Part shown: piece after piece, positions 14,501 through 27,100 of the stretch | How positions within the stretch are numbered: the first letter of the stretch is position 1 | Layout: the number at the start of each line of letters is the position of its first letter | Origin: Balanoglossus misakiensis | Lineage: Eukaryota > Animalia > Hemichordata | Reading direction: 5' to 3' | DNA length: 64,000 nt | Assembly (NCBI GenBank): GCA_040954595.2 | Contig: CM082584.2 | Location: 4,158,110 to 4,222,109 of the forward strand | Notes under the pieces: model-generated | Told to the model about the DNA's origin: nothing | The model's database searches: none | What the model saw: only the letters and a program-made list of their open reading frames with translations | Made by a program: the position numbers and the translations under genes

Positions 14501-15107
14501 TTGTGTACAAAACATTAATGTATTTTTCAAAGGTACAGGACTGATGGTGATGCGTATTTATTTTTTATTTTTCAAGAACAAAAGTCGTGACAACAATGTT
14601 TGTTAGAAGGCACACTGACTGATGTGGTGTGCTCATTTAAAGAGTTTGGACAGATACAGACTTACTGTAAAACGGATTATTTTCACGACAGGAAATTTTT
14701 CGCGATATCAAAGGAGGCAACTGTTACACGAGAATTAATTTTTTGCGTTCTCTTATTTTTACTGGATAGTTATCTCCGAAAAACGTTTTATGTGACCTTT
14801 TATTTTCACATTTTTTTGGCTCTCGCGTATTTCGCGACAATTTATTTCTCGAGAAAATGACCCGTTTTACAGTATTCAGCCTCAGCTTGCTACAGTGATT
14901 CATTAACATGTGACTATCCTTCGGTGATTACAGGTCTGGTCGTTGCTTCAACAGAAGAAAGCAATACACATTCCGCATGTATCCAATGATGACAAGAAGA
15001 AGAGCTATGAAGCAGTTGTTCGACAATTTCTGAAGTTGAATTTTGAGAAAGATAATCTGCAATCGTTTCTTAATCAATTGATTACCATTGTTTCTCAGAA
15101 AACATAA
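2504..15107 (+). CDS. MSH5: MutS homolog 5, copy A, 5'-partial (coding exons 8-22)
   Basis: Exons 2504-2549, 3382-3520, 3944-4006, 4379-4450, 5730-5786, 6539-6611, 6967-7157, 8734-8779, 9576-9617, 9998-10094, 10404-10620, 11460-11609, 12976-13194, 13670-13807, 14934-15107 (TAA). All GT-AG with compatible phases. Motifs: GRHPLQE, Walker [27 protein letters not shown], Walker [13 protein letters not shown]. Confidence 0.93.
3012..3104. mobile_element. Tiny piggyBac-like MITE (TTAA-CCCTTT...AAAGGG-TTAA); also 33795-33887, 13845-13909, 44098-44162
   Basis: TIR ttaaccctttcacc / ggt(g/a)aaagggttaa with TTAA flanks and CCC termini. Confidence 0.7.
4621..5240 (+). repeat. Local tandem duplications in a copy A intron
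   Basis: caaatgggaccacagtgtccttga at 4622 and 4827; a ~200-bp unit (ttctttattt..ggtcaaaaagcact..gaagccctacaaatt) at ~4858 and ~5058. Single-copy in copy B. Confidence 0.8.
5852..6163. mobile_element. PIF/Harbinger-like MITE; ortholog at 37426-37735
   Basis: TAA-GGCC..aatatgtgctgttccgatta / taatcggaacag..atatt..GGCC-TAA termini. Confidence 0.7.
6646..6860. mobile_element. Truncated TTAA MITE family B (full orthologous copy at 38225-38576)
   Basis: Left end ttaaagggacagtct..tctcgctgccc is present; the right end is lost. Confidence 0.7.
7351..7544. mobile_element. TTAA MITE family C (Kolobok-like); also 38960-39153 (opposite orientation) and 46235-46425
   Basis: TIR ttaaagg(g/t)atac(a/g)gtcac / gtgactgtatacctttaa; three copies. 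Confidence 0.8.
7895..8552. mobile_element. Hairpin-plus-arm non-autonomous element, copy A specific
   Basis: ~185-bp near-perfect palindrome at 7895-8081 centred on cctcgcctgcggctcggg, followed by an arm bounded by ttattac..gtaataa. Absent from the copy B intron. Confidence 0.65.
9403..9492. repeat. (GTTTT)n microsatellite
   Basis: Direct reading; a degenerate version lies at ~39895-39953. Confidence 0.95.
9884..9980. repeat. (TATTG)n microsatellite upstream of MSH5 exon 17; shorter in copy B (40603-40667)
   Basis: Direct reading. Confidence 0.95.
11698..12124. mobile_element. 427-bp non-autonomous DNA transposon with ~130-bp TIRs, TAG..CTA ends and 9-bp TSD (AcademH- or Mutator-like)
   Basis: TSD aggaattgt at 11689-11697 and 12125-12133; empty site in copy B at ~42392. 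Confidence 0.9.
12685..12899. mobile_element. TA-flanked MITE family G (tactgtaaaa..ttttacagta); also 14663-14874, 42942-43150, 45341-45551, 60595-60750
   Basis: Repeated ~200-bp TIR element. The 60595 copy is absent at the orthologous site ~24050, showing a TA duplication (Tc1/mariner-type TSD). Confidence 0.8.
13301..13647. mobile_element. Degenerate TTAA MITE family F; ortholog ~43556-43900
   Basis: Ends ttaaagtagtatgc .. gcacattctaccttaa. Confidence 0.6.
13985..14340. mobile_element. TTAA MITE family E (Kolobok-like); also 23045-23357, 44238-45015, 59588-59918
   Basis: TIR ttaaagcccctatagctg / cagct..agaggctttaa; four copies at two loci. Confidence 0.8.
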
Positions 15108-16409
15108 ATTTTGATATAAAGTTTTACCCGAGGAAATCTGTTAAAGGATGAAGTCATCAGATCCTTATCTCCACATCTGTGCTCATAAACGATGCATTTT
15201 ACCATCAATATTTTTAGTGTGATAAAATCATAATACATATGTACCTGGAAAATCTAAGTATATATAATGCATGAGTTCATCAAGGCAAATGAATGCATCC
15301 ATTGTGAATCTCGCAGATGCACTTTGTTCATTGTTTAACAGGAGTTTGGTATTTGAAAATGTTGCTTGTAAATTATACCACTCTTTGTGTAGTGTTTTCA
15401 TGAGTACTGGCATAAAGTACATAGAAACTATACATGGATTGTTGCTTCAATCAAGTACCATATAAAGCAGGTGTGTCTGTCTGAGGAATTTTACTCAAGC
15501 AAGACTTTTTTAAAGTAGACTAACCAGGGCTAGGTTGAGATTTGAAACAACCAATTTTGATTATCCATCTTTTTTCAATGCCATGTTGTGCATTGCTTTG
15601 GATAAGTTGTAAGAACTTTGAAAATGTTTAAATGTTCTTTCATATATTGTTGATTTCAGTGACTGACATTTTGTAGTCATGGAGCTTTATATGTGTTTTT
15701 ATGTTGACAGAAAACATCCAAGAATTTTATGACAAAATAAAATGATACAGTTCATTACAGGTATTTTGCTCATATATGTGTATGTATGTGATGAGGACAA
15801 TTCGATCGATGGTCATTAGAATGAAAAAAAACACGAGAGAATGACGTTATATGCATGCATGTAAAAACTTGAATGGTAAGGGTTCAGCAATTGTTTGGGG
15901 GGGGGGGGGTCACTTAAATTTTGAAATCCAAAAGGGGGGTACATCTTTTTTTTGGAGAGGTTTAGGGGGGTCACATACTTTTGCCACCGAACTTTTGCTT
16001 GGACACCCCCTCCCACACCCACCCCCTTCATGCATTCTTTGCCACATCTAGTGTACCAGGACAGAGTTCTTGCCACCCCACCCCACCGATGCTTACTTTG
16101 AGTGGAGTGGCAAAAGTAAAATAGGTCCTCCAAGCATTTAGTTAATTTGCTTTTGAGTTCATTAAAATGCAACTTTGAGCTCCATATTTTACAAAATTTT
16201 CTTTCCCACCCCCTTCATTCTTCACCACATCTACCCAGGGCGGAGTACTTAACCCTCACCCCCACCTATCCATGCTAACTTTGAGTGCCTAAAGTAAAAT
16301 TAAATTAATAGCGAAACCAGAAAGCTTCTGTTGAATATTTTATCATAAAAACGTACAGTCCCTATGAAAATATATCACCATTTGATTATACTCCCCATTC
16401 CTTGAATAG

Positions 16410-16645
16410 GCTAATCCACATTACGTCATTACTAAATTTACAAAGAACGAGAACTCCCTCTACGTCATTGTAAATTTGCAGACCGATTGTTCAATTCGGG
16501 GTAAATGACCTTTGATTTCTTTGAACAGCTACGTCAAATCTTCCATTTACAGCAAGGATTTGGTAATCGCGGCCACTGGGTCCAAAGTTTAGGCAGTTAA
16601 CACCATCTTTGGCATGTAGTTGTTTACTTTCACGAAAGGTGAGTT
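16410..16645 (+). promoter_or_regulatory. Putative promoter and non-coding first exon of MSH5 copy B
   Basis: CpG-richer block with three TACGTCA CRE-like sites (~16422, ~16461, ~16530), GGCAGTT MYB-type motif (16592-16598) and a strong donor AAG|GTGAGT (GT at 16639). Conserved at 48900-49140. The ATG exon at 18193 has an acceptor, so an upstream UTR exon is required. Confidence 0.55.
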
Positions 16646-16935
16646 AGGTAGGCGCGGAACGGGACGTTTTGTATTCCATAGGAAATGCGATAGTGACAGG
16701 CATCGGCCATTGTGACCTCCATGGTTCATGATCAAAGCTAGCTGCAATGATTGTAGCGGGTGCTACTAGGTGCATAACCGCTACAAGGCCTTGTGTGTAA
16801 TTTTCCAATCAACTTTCGGTCGTCAGCTCAGTTACGGGGTTTAACTCTTACCTCCGATAACATTTGAAAACCGGACGGGTGCATCCCCCCAACACCTCCG
16901 ACGCCCAAATTTCCCCCAAAATTGTCCTGCTTCCA

Positions 16936-17053
16936 TTAAAAAAACGATAAATCCACTGAAGTTTCGCCGATGTGTTCCGCCATGTTGGAGCAAACATGGC
17001 GGACAAAGTTTGTAAACATCGGCGAAACTGCAGTGGATTTATCGTTTTTTTAA
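16936..17053. repeat. ~118-bp palindrome or collapsed MITE flanked by TTAA
   Basis: ttaaaaaaacgataaatccactg.agtttcgccgatg..ccgccatgtt / aacatggcgg..catcggcgaaact.cagtggatttatcgttttttttaa. Confidence 0.75.
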
Positions 17054-18195
17054 GGGAATTAGCTGGGAGATGTATTAGGCTGGTGAGAGTGGAATATTGA
17101 TAGTAAAGTTGAAATCATCTTCAACAGTTTTTTTCTGCAACATTTTTGTATCATGTCTGCCATTTCTCTCATTTGGCTATGGTGACTTATTCACAAATAT
17201 AATTTCTATCGTTTTTGTTTTTTAATACACTTCCATTTATCTATTTATGTCATTTATTGTTCTCGCTTGATTTTTCCCCTACATTTATTTCTGTTTTTCA
17301 TGTTAAAGTACAGTCCTTTTCCATTTTATATGTTATTTCTTTAAAACTTTTTAGGGTTTTTCCAAAAATTAACAATATTCCACTGTCCTGTAACTTCCTC
17401 TATTCTTAGTGAAGTCATGTTATTTTCAAAACTATCCATGATATCATGCAATAAAGCTGTTTTCTCTTTTAGTGTACAAAATGTATGGCAAATACCATTA
17501 TTTTCTTAAAAACTGAAAGTGGTTGTCTGCTCATCTCACCATGTACAGCAAATTAAGATGCTGATTGGTTAAATTGGAAAATTATCTTTTATACCTTGAG
17601 ATTATATTTCCCAATTCCCCAAATTTCACATCCACATTTTAGTATAAGTTGCTTACTTTTGACATCATTTTGATCGTATTAGTTTCTTTTGATAGATGAT
17701 TTGTGTTGTTTGCTGAAAAATGGAAAAATCACTGCTTGTTACCAGTCACGATTGCTACAAAATTGTGACTCAGGGCTGCATGGTTAACTTTACATGTCTC
17801 TGGCTGCAACTGAAAAATGTATGTACCAAACATGATGACACTACAGTAAATGATATTGTAATAGCTCTTGTCTCAGGCTGTGTAAGGGGGGCATTATATT
17901 AATAAAATATCTTTGTTTTGCCACCTGTTTGCTGTTCATTTTTTCAGAGAAAATGAAATGCAGATTATGCTGTAGGATAAAAAAACGTGATATTTTCCAT
18001 ACCGTTGACCATCCAATGAGAAACTGGGTTTATGTATTTCCAGTACACTTTAATTTCCTTGTTTATTCAATTCTTGGCTGGGTAAGATTAGGGAAAATTG
18101 CTGATGGCTATAAACAAAGGATTTTATTTAATATGTGATCTCTTTTTTTCTGAATACCCATAACATTAACACAATACATTTTCCATATTTAGACA

Positions 18196-21100
18196 ATGAG
18201 TGAGCAGTTACCTGGTACGAGCAGAACTGGGTGTTTTCCAAGGACAAGAATCCACCAACCAGGCAACAACACTGATATGACTACTTTATCAGAGACATCA
18301 GACAATAATGTTTTACCAGATATGTCTGAAACGGATATTGAAAACAGAAGTCAACGTCAAACTTTTAACAATGATGAGGATGGCTCTCAGGTACTGTATT
18401 TATATTTATATTGTCCTTCTTCAAACTCAGTGGTCTAGCTGCATAGTAAGTGTGTAGTTATTCAAGCACATGGGTGATGCAATTTAAGTTCATTATCAGC
18501 CTGCATCGAAATAAATTTTTAAAAAAATATTTACATGGGTTTTAGTCCACGTAGATTAGGTAATTCAAGAACGGATTGAGTAGGTCAAGTTAGATTCGTA
18601 ACGTTTTTCACTCTGAAAATATCTGTGTCCCTCCAGAAACTGAACTGTTAAGTATATAAATGACATCAACACCATTTGGTAGTTTGTACTACTGTACTAT
18701 AGAAAGTAGGGACTGTCGCTATGGCTGTTTTGGATCATTCGGTCCATTTCTGTTGAGATTACAGATTCATTATATGCAACTGTTGAGGGCGCTGTTTTCA
18801 TCTGTATTTCTTGTGCTCCCTGTTTAGATATCTAGACGTACATAGGCTCCTCTCTGAAACCTTAGTTTCAGGGAGGAACCAACATCTAGGGACAAGACGT
18901 GCAACCTCTTGGCCCCTTTGAATGCAGATTAACAAACAAACAAATCTGCCGCATGGACTTTTTCCTAAACCTGGTGTGACATTAATGATTTATGAATTCT
19001 GGGCTTGATCATGAAGGTGACTAAGGGGTCAAAATGAAGCAATTGCCTCATCACCTCGGGCTTATAATTCCTTGGCAAACCCCTCCCCCCCCCCACATTT
19101 GTCCTGTATCGCCCGAAGTGGGCTCCCTTGGGGATAAGATGACATCGACTGCTGCATCAGGGGTCCAGTGTTCTCCCCAGGAATTTCTGACAGAGTGGTG
19201 GCTAATTTACATAACAATGTGGATAATTGTTATGTTAAAGAGTTTCTATTGTTTACCAAAAATTACAGAGTGTTGGCCGTGCTCTGGGGAGAACACTACA
19301 GGGGGGTCATATTGCATTGTCTGTTTGCTAATGTCACCATACATGTCTGAATTTAATCAAGCAAGAACTATTATCTGTTAGTCTTGAAAATTTGTAATTT
19401 TGCTTTTTCATAGATCATTATGAGTGTGATATGGGGTGGAGGTAAAGTTGGACTGGCTTATTATGACACTGAGACATGCCATATTCATCTGATGATGGAC
19501 ATTGCAGAATCTGATGATTTTCCGATGACTAGAAGTGGTAAGATTCATTCATTATACATTCATTTAGCTATTAAATGTTCTGTTGAAATATGCTGTTAGG
19601 GAGGGAGGGGCCATTCAGGTTTTTGTTTTTATTTGTTTATTTATTTATTTATTTGTTTATTGGTTTATTTATTTATTTATTTATTTATTAATTTATTTAT
19701 TTATTTTTTTTTGGGGGGGGGGGCAAACTCTTTATAGAAAAAAACACCCACTACCCTCAAAATATCAAAATAACAGTGACACCTCAGGTGGAATTTTCAA
19801 GATTGTCAAGTATTATACTAGTAATACAAATTATCAGCAGAAACTTTAAAAGGTAAAAAAAGCTTGTAAAGGGTAAAGTGTTACTGCTATAATATTTTAG
19901 TTGTTTACTTGTATTTGCCATTTTATTTGACTGTTGTTCAATACTCCCTCCTCCCCAGCAATTTTTAATACTGCATTTTTCAAAATTATTTGTTCCGAAA
20001 TTAGTTCAGAATGTGTTCCAACTTTTATGGTGACAGGTCATTCTCTACAGGAGCACCACGGTTGTGGAATAAGCTACCAATTTCACTCCGTAGCAGTGAG
20101 AATTTTAATGTTTTTAAATCCAACCTTAAAACGTTTTTATTCAGGGAATGACGTTTTATCCCAATTTTTAACCATTGTCTATTTTATTACACATTTGTAG
20201 CATTTTATTTGTCTTTGTATTTTTTAGCAGCTATGTACAGCGCTTTGGGATGTCTTTTTACATGGAAAGCGTTTTTTAAGAATTAAATATTATTATTTTT
20301 AACTATTTTACTCCCACCATGATGATAGCATTTGATTCTGTGGCCAGAGAGCATTCTGGGATACATATCCTAATTGTATTTGAAAAGGAAATGTCAGATT
20401 ATTGTATGACAGAAATTGTTAAAATTTAAACTTCAAATCTGAAACTGCCACCGAATCTCCTCTGACAGACCAACTATAACAATATGATTGTCACAATATG
20501 TTTATGGCATTTGATCTTGTCTTTCTAGTCGGCCAGCCTTAAAAGAGACATCCTTTGATTCTTAAAGGGGCAATTTTTCAATCCCTGGCTCTTGTTGATA
20601 CTGGTTAAATGTTTATCTGGTGCAAAGCTGTTGATTTCCATTGAAATCTTTATCAATCTATTTGCTTAAATTAGCTGAAGCTGACAAAGAAGGTTCCCCT
20701 TTAAAATGAGTCTTCAGAAATAACAAGTTCAGAGATTTCTAACATAGAATTGTTTTTTTGTCAGTTTCAAAGCAAATCATCCCAACATGTGTTATCACAA
20801 GCAGCAAACAAGATGAAATAATGTTACATTGTCTGTCTGAAGAAGGTATGAACAAATCTGGATATTAATTGTTTGTGACAACCTTATGCTGAATATGTCC
20901 ATTGTGGTTGAATTTGCCCTCTAGGGCTTCATAAACTACATGTAGTAGTAAATGCATTCTTATTAAAAGGAAAAAAGCACCAAGGTGTTTTTTCACATGA
21001 TATGGCAGGGACCTCACACCAGGCTGTACATATGAACAATTCATAGTCATATATGATGCTTAAATTGTGGTGATCAAAACACTTTACTCGTGTTGTTTGT

Positions 21101-24100
21101 GCTCTCATCTCATGTCTGCCCTTTTATTGATAACATTTAATTCATTTTACAGTGACTGCTCTTCAAGAATCAACTAGTAACTCTGTCGATCTACAAATCT
21201 TGCCAAATATTGATTTCTGTGAGTATACCGTGATTAGAACCCCTAATTTACCTAATATAAGCAGTGTTAAGGATGTACGCGCAGAACATAAACCGGAAAC
21301 TGCGAGCACTCGTCTTTTTCCCATAGGATTACATTTATAAACAAACTTCTACTATTGTCATTTTCACGAAATTTCACTCAAAGCTCAGTCCAGAAAATAT
21401 AAATTCATTGGTCAAATAAAATATAGGGGTCACTGCACTCTATTTTGAGATAAATTGCGTTAAAAATTTTGCCCATAGACAAACCATTGGTGAAAAATGC
21501 TGAGTCAGCAATTTTCTTCTATTATCGACTAAATTCATGGCTCTGTATTTCAAACAAGCACGGTGACCCCTATATTTTATTACGGATTTTCATTATACAT
21601 ACAAAGGAGAATCCAAAAATCCACAATTAAAAAAAATGACAATACTTTCAATTTTACTGAACGTACATCCTTAATGTAAACTTTAAGAACTTCATGAAGA
21701 AATTATATAAGGGCTCCAAAACATGAATTATGGCAACAATGGTCTATCATTTATGTAGTGGAATAGATAATATAATTGTTTTAAAATATTTTTGGTGTAT
21801 AAAGTCATTCAGATATCTGTATGTGTTGTTACATTACTGAAAACTTCAGAGACGAAAATAATTGCAAAGACGCATCCCCATTTGTTATGCATTTCTGTGA
21901 AATATTAATGTCTCATTTTGTTTTCATCAAAGCCTTGGAAGCTAGCAAGAGGAGAATCATGAATTTAAATCTAACCTGCGTCCCGGATCACTATACTGAA
22001 GATCAAAGACTTATTTATATGTCTTCATTAGTGCCATTCGAACAAATCAACATGGTAAGGTGGTTGGTGAAATAGTCATTGATAGATAAAGAGCATTGTT
22101 TTCCCCCTACTTTAAAGGGAGGTGTTTTCATTGAGCAAACTCCAACTAGGACCTAGTCATGACTAAAATAATCCTTACTGGTGAATATATTTGGTCCATG
22201 TCCACTTTTAGTTGAAGTCAGTGCCTTTATGAAAGTCATCACAAATCAAGTAATTTTCCAGCATTAATGGAAGTCATGTGTTATATCACTTTTCACATGT
22301 ATTCATGTTTCAGGTGCGTGCAGCCGGTGGTTTGCTGAAATATTTGGATAAGAACAGAATTGGAGTGGAACTTGAAGATCAAAGTGTCATAGTTCCAGTA
22401 ATTGGTCTTCAAGTATTCACTTTGTAAGTAGACTTTAGTGATTTTGCTGCTGTTATTGAAACAAAACATGTAGTGTCTAAAAGGGGCAAAGTTGCTCTCT
22501 TTTGATCTTTTTATGCTCCCCTGTCATACTGGGGGGGGGGGGGGGCAGGGGTTGGGGAGGGGGTATGTACATGTATATGGCTGGGGGGATATTCGTATAG
22601 CCTGTCTGTATTATGTAAGGGGAGGACCATTTGATTTCGGGGGGGGGGGAGGGTTTGGATTTAGTATAGTTTTCATGGTTTAGTATGATACATGTATAGC
22701 ATGGTACAGTATGGCGGCCCATTGCTGCCTTTGGTAAAATGCATAAATGTATATCTATAGTTTGTGTGTTTTTGTTTGTGTTTTTGTTTGTTTGTGTGTT
22801 TTTGTTTGAAAAGAAAATGAAAAGAAATTAAAAACAAAACAAAATAAAAATATAAATAAAATAAAAACGAAATTAAAAACAAAATTGAATAAAAAAAAAT
22901 TTGAAAAGAAAAGAAAACAAAAGAAAATGAAAAGAAATTAAATACTGGTCAACTGTTAAAAAAAACTATTACAAACTCCACTCTGCCTGTAGACAGACAA
23001 GATTAAACGTTCAAAGAATGAGTGTTCGATCTATCAAGGTAGTATTAAAGCCCCTATAGCTGCCAACTTTCACACATTTTTTTCCACAGTAAAATACTTC
23101 AAATATATTCCCTATCCTCTAAAATCCTCACCATTAAGCCATATTACTTGCATTTGCATCAGTTTCTCATCTCTTCATACTGTTTGTATGGAGGCTGATT
23201 AAATCGGTGCTGCACCGTTTTAATAAATAGCGGTCACAATCATGCATCGATAAGGTGTTCATGTATACCTATCAGTAAGCTTATTTAGATAAATCAATTT
23301 AACTTGGAAAAAAAATCATGAAAATAATGCAAAAAGTGGCAGCTCTAGAGGCTTTAAGGTGTGACATACAGCAAGGACTGCAGTAGACAAAGTATACATG
23401 GAGTATGTGTGTTGGTTCATCTGGTGAACATTCCAGTTGTAGGAAATAAAGTGTTTGATCTGGAGTAATTTCAAACACATGGCCGCGACTTGATCATGTG
23501 TGTGTTTTGGTAGTTATGTTTCTATACTTCATGTCATCGTTGTTGTTATTGTTATTGTTATTGTTGTTGTCTTTAATCTAGTGAGATAAAAAAAGTTATT
23601 GCGATTTTTTATGTTGAATCTTTCAGGAACAAGATGTTAATGGTTGACCACAATACTTACAATGCCTTGCAGATCTTTCAGAAGGAACTTCATCCATCCA
23701 TTTATAAATTTGGCAGCAGTGGTTCAAAGGAAGGTTTGAGTTTATATGGTAAGTTATTGTGTGCATGTATTATCATTTCATTCGTCAGTCAGTCTCATTA
23801 TATTGAACACCTATTGCCTGGCCATGAGGGCCATAGCAGCCGTTTATTACCCCCAAGGGGCTGTGAGTTACCAGAATCACATGCTATTTCCCCGAGGCCG
23901 TATATTTTTTTTTTCCTGCTATTTCCCTAGGGATTCATTCTATTTTCCATATCATGTGACGGATTCTGGCGAATCATGTCACAGTATTACCATGAGGTAT
24001 ACATGTATTATAAAATCCAATATGGTTGTCAAGGGGCAAATTCATGATCTATTTTCTATGTCTGGAGTGATTACTAAGATATGCCTTTGGGACCGTCTCA

Positions 24101-27100
24101 GATTGTCACATAAGCTCAACAAACGAAATAACTATGTTTCATGTCAATTTGTTTAGTGTACTTCACTTTCACACTTGTTTAGATGACCACAAAATTCCCT
24201 GTTATGTTTTTATTAAAGCAAAAACTAGTGGTGTACCAAAGAATCTACCTACATTCTGCCTCTCACTCTTGAAGTTCTCTGTTAATTATTCGATTTGATT
24301 AATTTACTGCGATTTTCTCACTCTGCAAGTGATCAGAGGCAAATGTTACTCAAAATCTTCAGCCAATCTTCAACATTGTAGTTTATTTCGGATATCAACA
24401 CTTAATTTTTCACACTTTTGAACTTTTGTTTAAGGGGAAGGGGTTTGGATCCAAACGAATACATTTTGTTTGTTGAGCTTAGGTGACTCAGACAACCTGA
24501 AATGGTCCCTTAGAGATCATTGGCCTTTATAGATAAACATTGTGCAATATCATACATTTTTTGTATCGTGTCTATTTTACTATCCAAAATATTGTAATGA
24601 AACAAAGACCACATAATTATAAACAAGATGGATGCCTCCAATGTCCATACGCCAATGAGAGCCATGTTTACAAAAGCCCGTGCCTGACCCTTTCCCTTTA
24701 GCGTAGCGCAGCCAGCGGTGGGAATGGGGCAGGGGACCAGACTACACCACCACCACCACCAACGACAAACATTCTGTTTGCTTTCGTTGTGTCACTGTTT
24801 CATGACATTTTAGTCGCAGGTGCACACATTATCCACACTCAGTAAAGAATATATGCATGGCGAACGGGAGGGGGGGGGATATTATGGGCGTGTCCCTGCC
24901 CAATTCTCCCTTTATATGATTGGACGTTCCACACATAGTGCCATGAAGCGTTTAGGGACTATGGACAGACTGTCCAAAATGTAGAACACATCCTGCACGC
25001 GTGTGACCAACAGATCGTATTGTCTGTGACCTACTTTACACTATTAAATGTATACTTTGAACCTTGTTGCACAAAACGTGTTACGCATGCGCTGACTGCA
25101 TTACCAAGGCTGTAGCGAATGCTTCTCTGGATCTGGTACCCGATCGAACAAGGCATCATTTGGCAACTAAGGTAAGGTTTCCTAAGTTGTTCATACGTCG
25201 ATTATTTTGGATGATGGTAGGAAACAATGATGATATTTTTGTTGTCCGTACAACCTTGAAAATCCCCTCATTTAAGCGAAAGATCTCTACAATACGTTCC
25301 GACTGAAACAAAATTTAACAAAAACACTTCCTGGTTCAGTAAACTTACACCCCAACAGTCTAAATGGTTGTATTGTTTTTACAAGATGAATCGCATTCCA
25401 CTAATTACGGACTATCACAAAACGTATCTTGACAATTTGATCAATGACATTATTGTGCAATCAATTTGAAATAATCATATCAAATCAAGAGTAAATACAA
25501 TTATTTTTTCCGTCCTCATGCGCGTAGATATTTGAGGTGTTATACATGAAAACAGTGTACATGGATATAGGTCATCCCTGCCTAGCATTTTGACCACACA
25601 ACTTTGACCACAAACATCATGATTCGCCCAAATCACGATATGTCATGAAATATGAAAGTGAAAGGGCAGTATGTTTACTATACAACTTTTATTTTTTTGG
25701 CTTGACAGTTTTTTAAAGAGATTTGAATCTTGCATGGATTTAGTGTTGTGTGTGCATTTTTTGTCAACCGTTTATCAACATACCTGTCACAAGTTCCAGA
25801 AAAAATCGACTCCCTTTAGCCTTAATACCAACGGATACATTTGTACACATTCCATAAAACTGACTTTACAGTAAAGAAAACGATTGTGAAATTGGCTAAA
25901 GTAGTGATTGCTTATTATCCGTATAAAAAATCTTTTGACCACAAGAATAATAAAAATAATTTGAGTACCTCAAAGCTAAAATCCTGTCCTGCACTAATTT
26001 TATGCACTTGTTGTTGATTTTTGTGCATTCCTTGATCACCTGAAAAGTCTAAAATTTCACCTCAATATTTTCGTTCAATAGATCGTAAACCCTAAGACAA
26101 GATGGCCACCGCAAATCCCGGGAAATCGTTTTCACAGCAGTTAATGACCGACATCGATGAGAAGATCTTGATTTGTCCAATCTGTCAAGATCGGATGACT
26201 AGACCCAAAATTCTACAGTGCGTGCACACCTTCTGTGAGAAATGTCTCCAAAAATGGGTCAGACAGAGAGGAGGTACCCTCGAATGTCCGACGTGCCGCT
26301 TTGTCACTCCGCTTCCCGAAAAGGGGGTCGAAGGTCTCGGTAATAACCTATTCATCAACGATATTATCGACATCTTTGACAAGCTGCAACCAACTGCTCC
26401 AGATTCGGTGACCTGTGACCTCTGTGACAAAAAAGCCGACAACTGGTGTAAAGAATGCGCTCAGTTCTTATGTGATGGATGTTGTCTGACACACATGAAG
26501 TTACGAACCACGAGAAATCACAAAGTCCTAACACTGGAAGAGTATAACAACATGGCCGAGTCTGGTCGGGATCACCTGATTCGTCCACGATTCTGCACAG
26601 TTCATCAGGACAGCCAGCTGGAACTCTTCTGCGACCACTGTCAGAAAACGGTTTGCGTGAAATGCGCAATAATCGGCCATAAAGGCACTGCGCACAACTT
26701 GGAATCGCTAGAAGATGCGTCGAAGAAATACACTCCCGAGATGCAAATCCTGGTCGACAAGTTAGCAACCATAGTGTCTTCACTCCGCGAAACTCAACAA
26801 GAGACAGATAGATTCATCAGAGAATACAACAAAAAGAAGAGCAAGGTGCAACAACAGATCAGACAGAAAGCATCTGACGTCATCAAACGAGTTCACAAAG
26901 AAGAACAGCGATTGCTGGATGAAGTGACGGCAATTGATGGAAAGATCATGAAGGAAGTGCAGGCAAAGGTCGAAAAACTGGAGTTTGATCTCGGCTGTGC
27001 TGAAAACATGAATGTCTACTCGCGAAGTCTGCTGCAACACGGCAATGCAGCTGATATACTTTCCCAGAAGAAAGAACTGATGCAGAGATTGAATGAAATC

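Noticed and set aside
15890-16300. Two ~190-bp-spaced direct repeats with C-runs upstream of the promoter, considered as CRISPR-like or structural RNA
   Set aside because: Eukaryotic context, only two degenerate units and no spacer structure; likely a repeat remnant.
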